From: a virus
Taxonomy: Duplodnaviria > Heunggongvirae > Uroviricota > Caudoviricetes
Virus record (IMG/VR): IMGVR_UViG_2724679293_000007
Coordinates: 34,885 to 98,884 of that record
Reading direction: 5' to 3' (one strand)
Length of the DNA stretch: 64,000 nucleotides
The translations under genes and the position numbers were made by a program. The notes beneath the pieces are model-generated. The model was given only the letters and a program-made list of their open reading frames with translations, had not been told where the DNA came from and searched no databases. This document shows, in pieces, positions 40,915-52,655 of this stretch (position 1 is its first letter; every line of letters begins with the position of its first letter).

Positions 40915-41199
40915 CTAACTTACCTGAACCAGGCCGTCTCCGGACGCTACGGTAGATCCGCATGAAACAGGGTCACCAACGCATACGATCCCTTTACCAT
41001 TGACGGTAAACCATGCCCTGGTTGATATAGCTTGCCCACCGTGCGTACTGTTTCCATCGGTATGCTGTGCATATTGCTTACCATCAACTAACACTTCGAC
41101 TCCGTTGACTTTAAGTAGTGGTTCACTCTCTACAGGAGGCCTGGATGGGAATCCTCCGTGCCCCGAACAAATGCTGTCTTTTGTTGCAATACTTGCCAC
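40915..41199 (-). CDS. small Gly/His/Cys-containing protein, possibly PAAR-like
   Basis: 94 aa with CSGHGG...THGG...CVGDPVSCG pattern; assignment tentative. Confidence 0.4.
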   Translation of the reverse strand: MASIATKDSICSGHGGFPSRPPVESEPLLKVNGVEVLVDGKQYAQHTDGNSTHGGQAISTRAWFTVNGKGIVCVGDPVSCGSTVASGDGLVQVS

Positions 41200-41280
41200 G
41201 CCATCACCAATTATTTGCTCTGATTTTCGTTATTTTAACTTAAGTTATTTGTGGGCTGTATGGCGTTTACTTATTACAAA

Positions 41281-41297
41281 ATTGCTCTAATAAATAT
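41281..41297 (+). promoter_or_regulatory. C1 operator (16/17) upstream of the hrdC-dmt operon
   Basis: ATTGCTCTAATAAATAT. Confidence 0.7.
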
Positions 41298-41368
41298 TGT
41301 TTTTTGTGTCGTATTTTCGGTACCATTCAGCCATCGCCCTTCAATGGGCATTTGTTTGGAGTCGTCAG

Positions 41369-41653
41369 ATGCAGATGGAGCTAATAAGCCGCAAAGAGTT
41401 CGATAGCCGTGTAACCAGCGGTGAACTCGACAACTTGCAGGCTATCAAGGTGAAAGAAGGCTTTTGCCTCATTGGGAATCAGAGCGGAACAAATCGCGTT
41501 TTTATGCTTCGCCGTACGGATTTGAAGCCATTTGTCTGGAAGAACGAAATTGGTCCCAGCTCATACGCTCAAACGAGGGGGTGCCACAACCTGGCCTTTT
41601 TCTACAAAGACGAGCTTTCTGTGGTTGATATTCAAGGGTTACAACATGTTTAA
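41369..41653 (+). CDS. small protein upstream of hrdC
   Basis: Internal ATG with GGAG RBS in track ORF 41297..41653. Confidence 0.4.
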   Translation: MQMELISRKEFDSRVTSGELDNLQAIKVKEGFCLIGNQSGTNRVFMLRRTDLKPFVWKNEIGPSSYAQTRGCHNLAFFYKDELSVVDIQGLQHV

Positions 41654-42551
41654 GCACTGGAAAAACATTACTATTTATAAACTTTCTCGTGAGGCGGATC
41701 TGACCGACTTAGAAGATAAAAAGAAAATGATCCTTTTCACGCCATGCGGTAGTCAGGATATGGCCAAGTTCGGTTTTGTATCGCCATTTGGTGATAATTC
41801 CGAAGTTATCGCTATGCATGGAAATGGTTTTATCCTTGTTGAAGCAAAGCGCGAAACAAAAATTCTTCCCCCGCCGGTTATCCAGCGAGCTATTCAAGAA
41901 AAAATTGAAAAACTTGAGCAAGAACAAGCGCGTAAACTGAAGAAAACAGAGAAGGACTCCCTGAAAGACGAAGTTCTGCATTCTCTTCTTCCACGGGCTT
42001 TTTCAAAGTTTTCTGTTATCCAGGCGATCTACGACGGTTCAACTAAACGTATCTATATCAATGCCAGCGCGCGGCAGGCAGAAGATATGCTCGCGCTTAT
42101 GCGTAAGTCTCTGGGTTCTCTTCCTGTTGTTCCCCTGAGTGTTGAAAATCCCATTGAATTAACGCTGACCGACTGGGTACGTGATGGTAGTGCTCCACAG
42201 GGATTTCAAATGGGGGATGCGGCAGAACTTAAGGCAGTGCTTGAGGATGGCGGTATTGCCCGAGTGAAAAAGCAGGATTTGGGAAGCGATGAAATTTCCA
42301 CACACCTGGAAGCTGGCAAGCTCGTCACTAAGTTGGCACTCGACTGGCAGAACCGCATTAAATTTACACTGGACCATAACTTCAGCCTTACCAGCGTCAA
42401 ATTTGCGGATGAATTGCTTGAGCAGAACTCTGATATTGATAGTGAAGATGTTGCGCAGCGACTGGACGCAGATTTCTTCCTGTTGACCAGTGAAATTTCG
42501 TGCCTGGTTGATGCTCTGGTAAATGCCCTTGGTGGAGAGGCTAAGCAGTGA
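41646..42551 (+). CDS. hrdC: RdgC-like recombination-associated protein
   Basis: From internal Met: [16 protein letters not shown]...[19 protein letters not shown]...[29 protein letters not shown]... co-linear with E. coli RdgC. Confidence 0.9.
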   Translation: MFKHWKNITIYKLSREADLTDLEDKKKMILFTPCGSQDMAKFGFVSPFGDNSEVIAMHGNGFILVEAKRETKILPPPVIQRAIQEKIEKLEQEQARKLKKTEKDSLKDEVLHSLLPRAFSKFSVIQAIYDGSTKRIYINASARQAEDMLALMRKSLGSLPVVPLSVENPIELTLTDWVRDGSAPQGFQMGDAAELKAVLEDGGIARVKKQDLGSDEISTHLEAGKLVTKLALDWQNRIKFTLDHNFSLTSVKFADELLEQNSDIDSEDVAQRLDADFFLLTSEISCLVDALVNALGGEAKQ

Positions 42552-44566
42552 AAGAGCTGTGCTATGGATCTGTTTGCAGTGGAATTGAAGCCGCGAGTAT
42601 TGCCTGGGAACCGTTGGGTATGCGTCCGGCGTGGTTTGCTGAAATCGAGCCTTTTCCATCTGCCGTTCTTGCGCACCGCTGGCCCCATGTCGCCAACCTT
42701 GGCGACATGACAAAACTTGCCAAAAAAGTCCTGGCTGGGGAAATCGAATCCCCTGATGTGCTCGTCGGGGGAACACCTTGTCAGGCATTCAGTATCGCGG
42801 GATTAGGTGGTGGGCTTGATGATGAGCGTGGCGCGCTAACTTTAAAGTATGTGGAGCTTGCAAATGCAATTGACGACAAACGGGCTGAGTCATTTCTCAA
42901 ACCAGCAGTTATCGTCTGGGAAAATGTCCCAGGAGTCTTGTCATCGGCAGATAACGCCTTCGGATGTTTCCTTGCCGGATTGGCTGGAGAAGATGCGCCA
43001 TTCGAACCAGGTGATCGACCTGAATCAGGAAAAAGTAACGCGTTCTGGCGGTGGGATGTCAAAACCGGTTGCCATGCTCCAAAGTGGCCGCAGTGTGGTT
43101 GTATTTATGGACCGCAGCGAAAAGTGGCCTGGAGAATCCTTGATGCCCAATACTTCGGAGTGGCACAACGACGCCGACGCGTGTTTGTTGTCGCAAGTGC
43201 TCGAACAGACCTCGATCCCGCAACGGTACTTTTTGAGTTCGAAGGCGTGCGCCGGAATATTGCGCCGAGCAGAGGCGAGGGGAAGGAAACTACCAGATAT
43301 ACTTCAAACATCGCTATCAGAACTTGCGATGATACAAACATAATTGCCATGGCACATGGGCAAGGAGGGGCTGAGATAAAAACCGATAATTCGGCACCAA
43401 CTTTGACATGTAACCATGAAGCACCAATTGTATTGCTCGGCGACGGTAGAATGCGCCGTCTTACCCCTGTCGAATGTGAAAGGCTGCAAGGTTTTCCTGA
43501 TGGACATACATTGATCCCTACGGAAAAGCGTAAAAAAGTTTCTTCAGATGAACTGGCATACCTTCGCAAAAACTATCCTGATTTGAGCGAAGAAGAGGCC
43601 GCGATGCTTGCAGCTGACGGACCGCGTTACAAAGCGATCGGCAATAGTATGGCGATACCAGTAATGCGCTGGATTGGCGATCGGATTACCAAGGCTGCAT
43701 GTCGGCAGAATGAAGGGAATGAAACAAAAGAGCGAAAAGTTAAACCAGCGGCAGAATTCGAACGGTCCATATTCAAATGGGCTGGTGGAAAATTTGGTGT
43801 TCTGGAACAAATCTTTCGCTATTTGCCAGAAGGGAAGCGCCTGATTGAACCTTTTGTCGGTGGCGGAGCTGTCTTCATGAATGCCGGATACAAGGAAAAT
43901 CTGCTAAATGATGTGAATGCTGACCTGATTAACTTTTACAAGACTTTGCAACGTGAGGAACGTTCACTTATCACTCTGGCGCATCGGTTTTTCCAGGACT
44001 ACAACACACAGGAAGGATACCTGGCAGTACGGAATGCGTTTAACAAACAAGTCTATGATGATTTACATCGCGCAGCGGCGTTTTTGTTCCTGAACCGACA
44101 TTGTTTTAACGGATTGACGCGTTACAACCAGGCCGGTGAGTTCAATGTCGGTTATGGGAAGTATAAAACTCCGTATTTCCCATTGCAGGAGATGGAAGCC
44201 TTCCTTGGTGCGGAAGGGCGTTCTGAGTTTGTATGTGGTGATTTTGCTGCGGTGATTGAAGCTGCCGGAGAAGGAGATGTCATTTTTTGCGATCCGCCAT
44301 ATGAACCGCTTCCAAATACAGAGGGATTCACGAACTATTCCGGTCATGACTTTAAGTTTGAAGAGCAAAAACGCCTGGTGTCTCTGTTGACGGATGCTCA
44401 TCGCCGAGGTGCAAAGGTTCTCATTACTAACAGTGGCGCGCCAAACATCAGAGAGCTTTATCATGACAATGGCTTCAGAGTGGAACCTCTTTTTGCCAGA
44501 CGTTCTGTGTCTTGTAAGGGGGACACTCGAGGTGTTGCTCATGACGTTTTAGGTATATTGCTCTAA
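42548..44566 (+). CDS. dmt: bifunctional DNA methyltransferase: N-terminal C5-cytosine MTase motifs, C-terminal Dam-like N6-adenine MTase
   Basis: [13 protein letters not shown] (motif IV, PCQ), VIVWENVPG (ENV); later EPFVGGGAV and FCDPPYEP (DPPY). Confidence 0.9.
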   Translation: MKELCYGSVCSGIEAASIAWEPLGMRPAWFAEIEPFPSAVLAHRWPHVANLGDMTKLAKKVLAGEIESPDVLVGGTPCQAFSIAGLGGGLDDERGALTLKYVELANAIDDKRAESFLKPAVIVWENVPGVLSSADNAFGCFLAGLAGEDAPFEPGDRPESGKSNAFWRWDVKTGCHAPKWPQCGCIYGPQRKVAWRILDAQYFGVAQRRRRVFVVASARTDLDPATVLFEFEGVRRNIAPSRGEGKETTRYTSNIAIRTCDDTNIIAMAHGQGGAEIKTDNSAPTLTCNHEAPIVLLGDGRMRRLTPVECERLQGFPDGHTLIPTEKRKKVSSDELAYLRKNYPDLSEEEAAMLAADGPRYKAIGNSMAIPVMRWIGDRITKAACRQNEGNETKERKVKPAAEFERSIFKWAGGKFGVLEQIFRYLPEGKRLIEPFVGGGAVFMNAGYKENLLNDVNADLINFYKTLQREERSLITLAHRFFQDYNTQEGYLAVRNAFNKQVYDDLHRAAAFLFLNRHCFNGLTRYNQAGEFNVGYGKYKTPYFPLQEMEAFLGAEGRSEFVCGDFAAVIEAAGEGDVIFCDPPYEPLPNTEGFTNYSGHDFKFEEQKRLVSLLTDAHRRGAKVLITNSGAPNIRELYHDNGFRVEPLFARRSVSCKGDTRGVAHDVLGILL

Positions 44567-44573
44567 TAAATTT
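44557..44573 (+). promoter_or_regulatory. C1 operator, perfect match to ATTGCTCTAATAAATTT, overlapping the dmt stop codon
   Basis: Seen directly; directly followed by its own partial reverse complement (TTTATTAG). Confidence 0.8.
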
Positions 44574-44589
44574 ATTAGTGTAATATCGC

Positions 44590-44773
44590 CTCAATGAATC
44601 GTGATTTATAGAGCGATTTAGCTGTTAGCCGCGACAGGCGCGGCGGTAAGCATGGCTGGGCCTAGTCCTCCCAGACAAACCACCGAGTTGCCAGGTTGAC
44701 CATGCGCCTAAGTGGCAACGCCGAAGTGCGTTACGAGCTTCCAGTTTGCCCATCTTCGGGTGGGCGTTTTTTT
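44590..44773 (+). ncRNA. candidate structured small RNA (first unit of the ban-operon leader)
   Basis: Four successive hairpins (gccgcg/cgcggc; ctggg/cccag; gttgcca/tggcaac; terminator) and no ORF >15 codons. Confidence 0.35.
44748..44773 (+). terminator. rho-independent terminator
   Basis: gcccatcttcgggtgggc followed by GTTTTTTT. Confidence 0.6.
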
Positions 44774-44929
44774 CAGGGTTTTCGTCATGGTTAGCGACTT
44801 TGCGGCGGTTTAGAAACTGACCATTAAAGTAAATGCAAACGATAATCTGATGATGGTAGCGGCCTAAGAAGCCAGACGCCACGGGGTATGAGTCGTCCCC
44901 CGTCAAAAAATCGACCACAGAGTGTCCCC

Positions 44930-45545
44930 GTCTGTGTATTAGGGAACGGGGAGGCACAACAGGTAAGGGCATTCTCCCTTATGGGGCTTGGCTTAAATGC
45001 ATCGAGTGCTCTTACCGTTGTGATGAAGTGCAGCTCTTTGAAGCAACCAGAAGATAAGCATCTGGCTTCACAACATAAACCGCAGGAACGACCAATAAAC
45101 GGTAGTCCGTATGGAGAACACCCCGTTGAGGAAGAGGCCTGGCCGGAACCGTAACCGGCACTACAACGTTGAGAACATTGGCGTAACGGGGTCATATCCC
45201 AATCTATGAATAAATGTCGCGAGGCAGCGTGACAACCAGTGTTCTCAACATTGTGGTGAATGCACAGGCTGATGTGCCGCAACTACAGTAGTGCGCGCTT
45301 TGCGGGGCTTGCTACAACCCTGTGTCGGAGTTCAGCACCGACCATCACAGTTTGATTCTCTGGCATGAGCATAACGCTGAAATAAGTCCAGTCTGGTGCG
45401 GTCTGATCACCCGCCGTTAGCTCCACGAAACGGAGCACGTAACAGGTAAGAGCATTCTCCTGTAACGGGTTCATATCCCAATCTACAGGTCCACCAAGAA
45501 TGCTCTTTCCGTTGCGGTGAATGCGGCTAAGCGCACGCGGGGAAA
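44930..45545 (+). repeat. three paralogous structured elements (~100 nt each) in a non-coding leader
   Basis: Units at ~44955-45040, ~45160-45280, ~45440-45540 share a 14-bp stem (ggtaagRgcattctcc or gttgagaacattgg with its complement), a loop module aacgggKtcatatcccaatcta (units 2 and 3) and a 3' motif gttgYGRtgaaKtgc. Confidence 0.5.
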
Positions 45546-45665
45546 TGGTTATATCTGTCCATTATTTCTCCTTGTTTCCCCGTCCACGGTAGATAACCAG
45601 CCAAAGGATACCGGGAGGCACCCGGCACCGCAGCTTTTTTATTCGTTAAATAATGGAGTGAGAGG

Positions 45666-45902
45666 ATGCAGAACAATCCGAACAAATGTCGAACGCTATG
45701 GGTGCGGTTATATATTTATGCCGTCCTCTGTTTGATTGTGTCACTGGTTCTGTATGTTTGGCTTTTGCCAAATATGATCTCATCTAACAGCACAATACTT
45801 GTATTGTTGGGAGTCCTTCTCGCGCTCATTTACCCGGCTTTCGCAGTAGTCTTTTTTCGTGAAAAAACCAGGAAATTAATTAATGAAAAAAACGTTGATT
45901 AG
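45666..45902 (+). CDS. small two-TM membrane protein preceding the SPFH lipoprotein
   Basis: 78 aa; GGAG-type RBS; overlaps the next gene start. Confidence 0.5.
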   Translation: MQNNPNKCRTLWVRLYIYAVLCLIVSLVLYVWLLPNMISSNSTILVLLGVLLALIYPAFAVVFFREKTRKLINEKNVD

Positions 45903-46710
45903 TGCAGCGATTATTTTGGGTTCTTTATGTCTGACCGGATGCGATCGGGTAGAGCCAGGTAACGTAGGGATCAAAGTAAATAAGCTGGGGGATGATAAAG
46001 GTATCGGTGAAGTAGTTGGCGTTGGTCGCTACTGGACAGGCTTGAATACTGAAGTTTATATCTTCCCGACCTTTAAGCAAATGAAGACATACGATGAGCC
46101 GTTCAGCTTCCAGATGAGCGACGGAACAACCATTGGTTACCACATCGGCGTAGCCTACAAGGTTGATCCAGCAAAAGTCACAACGGTATTTCAGACCTAT
46201 CGCAAAGGTGTAGATGATATTACTGATACCGATCTACGCCAGAAGGTTGCAGATGCTCTGAACCGGTTAGCCAGCAAAATGACCACCGACAAATTTATCG
46301 ACGGTGGCAAATCTGAATTGCTTGATGCAGCCCTTAAAGACATTCAGGAAGAAATGACGCCAATCGGCATTCAGGTGATGAGCCTCTCTTATGTAGGTAA
46401 GCCAGAATACCCGCCAACAGTTATTGACAGTATTAACGCCAAAGTCACGGCAAACCAAAAAACCCTGCAACGCGAGCAAGAGGTCAAACAACGTGAAGCA
46501 GAGGCCAACATGCTGCGCGCGGAAGCTGCCGGACAGGCTGATGCTATTCGCACAAAAGCCCAGGCCGAAGCTGATGCCATTCGTTTACGTGGTGAAGCTC
46601 TGCGCCAGAACCCCGGTGTTATGGAGTTGGAAGCGATCAACAAATGGAACGGTACATTACCGCAGTATATGACCAGTAATACCGCTGTTCCGTTTGTTCC
46701 GGTGAAATAA
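45883..46710 (+). CDS. SPFH (band-7/prohibitin-like) domain lipoprotein
   Basis: Lipobox LCLTGC; SPFH-like core; C-terminal Ala/Glu/Arg-rich coiled coil (REAEANMLRAEAAGQADAIRTKAQAEADAIRLRGEALRQ). Confidence 0.8.
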   Translation: MKKTLISAAIILGSLCLTGCDRVEPGNVGIKVNKLGDDKGIGEVVGVGRYWTGLNTEVYIFPTFKQMKTYDEPFSFQMSDGTTIGYHIGVAYKVDPAKVTTVFQTYRKGVDDITDTDLRQKVADALNRLASKMTTDKFIDGGKSELLDAALKDIQEEMTPIGIQVMSLSYVGKPEYPPTVIDSINAKVTANQKTLQREQEVKQREAEANMLRAEAAGQADAIRTKAQAEADAIRLRGEALRQNPGVMELEAINKWNGTLPQYMTSNTAVPFVPVK

Positions 46711-46737
46711 AAGTGTAAGCAAAATTGGCAGTAATCC

Positions 46738-46813
46738 GGCCCTTTAGCTCAGTGGTTAGAGCTGGCGACTCATAATCGCACGGTCACCGGTTCAAGTCCG
46801 GTAGGGGCCACCA
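46738..46813 (+). tRNA. tRNA with anticodon CAU, ileX-like (tRNA-Ile2; Met not excluded)
   Basis: Cloverleaf folded by hand: acceptor GGCCCTT/AGGGGCC, D-arm GCTC-AGTGGTTA-GAGC, anticodon loop CTCATAA, T-arm ACCGG-TTCAAGT-CCGGT, encoded CCA; near-identical to E. coli ileX as recalled. Confidence 0.9.
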
Positions 46814-47093
46814 CATTTGGTTGTAACACGGCGTCTGGCACATGCGTCGTTAGCGGTCTGGTGACGTTAAAAGGGGGGAACCTTGCCCCTAGCTCAGGCA
46901 ACGAACCAGGTAGCCGGAATGTGCAAGCCACCGTTTGTTGTTTTTCGGGTAAAGGGATTCACCATCCTGGCGATTCGGTGTGACAGCCGGGAAGAGTCCG
47001 GCGCATTAATCCTGATTTTCTGGTGATGACTCATATCGTTAGGAGTGATTTGAGTATGCCGATTATATCTGACATTCAGCACACCAGGATGGA

Positions 47094-48464
47094 GTGTTAA
47101 TGTCTGCATCCCCTCTTGAATCCATGCCAAATTCCCTTAGTGCAGAACAAGCTGTGCTTGGTGGCTTAATGCTTGATAACTGCCGCTGGGATGAAGTTGC
47201 AGATCGTATAGTTGCTGATGATTTTTATACCAGTGCTCATCGTGAAATTTTCAGTGAGATGGAGAGGTTATTAAGTCATGGCAAACCGATTGATTTGATA
47301 ACACTTGCTGAAGCACTTGAACAGAACGGTAAATTAGAACGCGCCGGTGGTTTTGCGTACCTTGCGGAGATGTCAAAGAACACGCCCAGCGCGGCAAATA
47401 TTTGTGCTTATGCGGATATCGTTCGTGAACGCGCGGTTGTTCGTGAAATGATTTCCGTCGCAAATGAAATAGCCGAAGCTGGATATGTGCAGGATGGCAG
47501 GGGCAGCAATGAATTGCTGGATATGGCCGAGCGCCGCGTTTTTGAAATAGCTGAAAAACGACAAAAGAGCGGTAGTGGTCCAAAAGATATCGCCAGCATT
47601 CTCGATGCAACGGTATCTCGCATAGAAGAGTTGTTTCAGCGACCGCATGATGGTGTAACGGGGCTTGATACCGGATTTACCGATCTCAATAAGAAGACGG
47701 CAGGACTTCAGCCGTCCGATCTCATTATTGTCGCCGCCCGCCCATCGATGGGGAAGACCACGTTTGCGATGAATCTCGTCGAAAATGCCGCAGTTCGTAA
47801 CGATAAGCCCGTATTGGTTTTTAGCCTTGAGATGCCGAGCCACCAGCTGATGATGCGCTCACTGGCTTCTCTTGCACGCGTTGATCAGACTCGTATTAGA
47901 ACGGGGCAACTTAACGATGATGATTGGGCGCGGGTTTCTGGCGCAATGGGTATTCTGTTGGACAAGCAGAATATTTTTATTGATGACTCAAGCGCCCTGA
48001 CGCCGACAGAGCTACGTTCCCGCGCTCGTCGTGTTTATAAAGAAAATGGTGGTTTGAGCATGATTATGATCGACTACCTGCAACTTATGCGCGTCCCCGA
48101 GCTGCAAGATAACCGAACGCTGGAAATTGCCGAGATTTCTCGCTCACTGAAGGCGTTGGCGAAGGAATTACAAGTACCGGTGGTGGCATTGTCACAACTT
48201 AATCGATCGCTTGAACAGCGTGCGGACAAACGACCGGTAAATTCAGATTTACGTGAATCAGGAGCAATTGAGCAGGACGCAGACCTGATTATGTTTCTGT
48301 ATCGCGACGAAGTTTATCACCCGGATAGCGAAATGAAGGGCATTGCCGAGGTAATTATCGGAAAGCAACGAAATGGCCCAATTGGCACGGTGAGATTGGC
48401 TTTTAACGGCCAATACTCACGGTTTGATAACTATGCCGGTGCTGACTGGCAAGAGGATTATTAA
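47094..48464 (+). CDS. ban: DnaB-family replicative helicase (Ban)
   Basis: 456 aa; DnaB N-terminal domain and RecA-like core with Walker A (PSMGKTTF). Confidence 0.95.
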   Translation: MLMSASPLESMPNSLSAEQAVLGGLMLDNCRWDEVADRIVADDFYTSAHREIFSEMERLLSHGKPIDLITLAEALEQNGKLERAGGFAYLAEMSKNTPSAANICAYADIVRERAVVREMISVANEIAEAGYVQDGRGSNELLDMAERRVFEIAEKRQKSGSGPKDIASILDATVSRIEELFQRPHDGVTGLDTGFTDLNKKTAGLQPSDLIIVAARPSMGKTTFAMNLVENAAVRNDKPVLVFSLEMPSHQLMMRSLASLARVDQTRIRTGQLNDDDWARVSGAMGILLDKQNIFIDDSSALTPTELRSRARRVYKENGGLSMIMIDYLQLMRVPELQDNRTLEIAEISRSLKALAKELQVPVVALSQLNRSLEQRADKRPVNSDLRESGAIEQDADLIMFLYRDEVYHPDSEMKGIAEVIIGKQRNGPIGTVRLAFNGQYSRFDNYAGADWQEDY

Positions 48465-49462
48465 TGCAATGGAATGAGGAAAAGCCGATGAACATCCTGA
48501 TCATTGGGCGAAAATTTGCAGCCATCAGTGATGTGAAAACATATACGGAAATGTGGTCTTATAACCTGGCCTGCGCCTTTAGTGAGGCAGGGGTAACATT
48601 GCAATACCATCGTCCATATTCCCCTGGCGTCGAAAGCCCCGAGGATTATGTTGAAGCTGTGTTGACTGCTGCGACAGCATGTTCTGCGAAGGCCATTTTG
48701 GCACCAGGATTGAGGTATTTTACTACGGTACCCAGGGAAATAGGCATGCAACTGTGTCGCCGATTCTCTGGATGGGTAGCCCAGGTATATGACGGTTCTA
48801 TGCTGGATTCGGCACCAGTCGATATTACTTTTACTGTCCGCGATGATACCTGGCGGTACCTGGATAATCCCGGTCGGTTAGAACGTCATAATCGCTTTAA
48901 CAAACATGTTGGATGGGCAGCGAATCAGGAGCTGTTCCATCTGGAAACCAAAACAGACGATGTTCTGCGTATTTTTGTAGACCACGCTGCATTTGATGTT
49001 AGTGGTTTTGATCACTCCTTAAGTATCCTTATGAACCTTCAGCGTCTGACCGTTCCGTATGAGGCCAGAACGTTGACTGATGACGGATTGGTTACCATTG
49101 ATCCGGGGAATATTTCGGTAACTCCATACAGGCGGACGCCGGTGCCAGCAACCGAATTTGCAGCTGAATTGTGTAAGAGTGACGTTTTTATCGTTACGCA
49201 TCCCGAAAGCCTTGGATTAACTGTTCTTGAGGCGGCAATGTGCGGGGCGTTGGTATTAACGCCTCCCGATTGCCTTCCGCCAGATCGCCTGGCTTTGGTG
49301 AACCATATGGTTATCAAGTCGCGGATTGATTGGGATGAGGTTATTGCTCGCGTTGATCGCGTGAAAAATGCTGAAAAGGTCCAGTGTCACACCTGGTCGG
49401 CAATTGCGGAAAAGATGCTTGAGACGTTTATCACGCAGAAACCGTCGTGCGGTAACGGATAA
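48464..49462 (+). CDS. hypothetical protein downstream of ban with a glycosyltransferase-like C-terminal motif
   Basis: 332 aa; ...VTHPESLGLTVLEAAMCGALVLTP... resembles the GT-B E-x7-E region; start overlaps the ban stop. Confidence 0.55.
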   Translation: MQWNEEKPMNILIIGRKFAAISDVKTYTEMWSYNLACAFSEAGVTLQYHRPYSPGVESPEDYVEAVLTAATACSAKAILAPGLRYFTTVPREIGMQLCRRFSGWVAQVYDGSMLDSAPVDITFTVRDDTWRYLDNPGRLERHNRFNKHVGWAANQELFHLETKTDDVLRIFVDHAAFDVSGFDHSLSILMNLQRLTVPYEARTLTDDGLVTIDPGNISVTPYRRTPVPATEFAAELCKSDVFIVTHPESLGLTVLEAAMCGALVLTPPDCLPPDRLALVNHMVIKSRIDWDEVIARVDRVKNAEKVQCHTWSAIAEKMLETFITQKPSCGNG

Positions 49463-49508
49463 AAAATTGAACCCGTCATAACAGAAAAGCCCGAACGCCG
49501 GGCTTTTC

Positions 49509-52655
<3,147 letters not shown>

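Noticed and set aside
42159-42788. 209-aa minus-strand ORF spanning the hrdC/dmt junction
   Set aside because: Antisense to two strongly supported genes with recognisable motifs; translation is Arg/Ser/Cys-rich with no domain-like pattern.
44625-45474. Minus-strand ORFs 44625..44972, 44824..45282, 45283..45474 and plus-strand 44888..45154 as protein genes
   Set aside because: Cys/Arg-rich low-plausibility translations, mutually overlapping, no RBS; their apparent protein-level repeats just mirror the DNA repeats of the structured elements.
45440-45545. Unit 3 of the structured repeats as a tRNA (it contains ...acaggtccacca)
   Set aside because: No cloverleaf can be drawn: terminal stem is 14 bp, no D-arm or canonical T-loop; the CCA is coincidental.
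46815-47093. Possible second tRNA between tRNA-Ile and ban (contains gcccctagctcagg)
   Set aside because: No matching D-stem complement, no T-loop, no acceptor pairing; at most a decayed tRNA remnant or structured 5' leader of ban.
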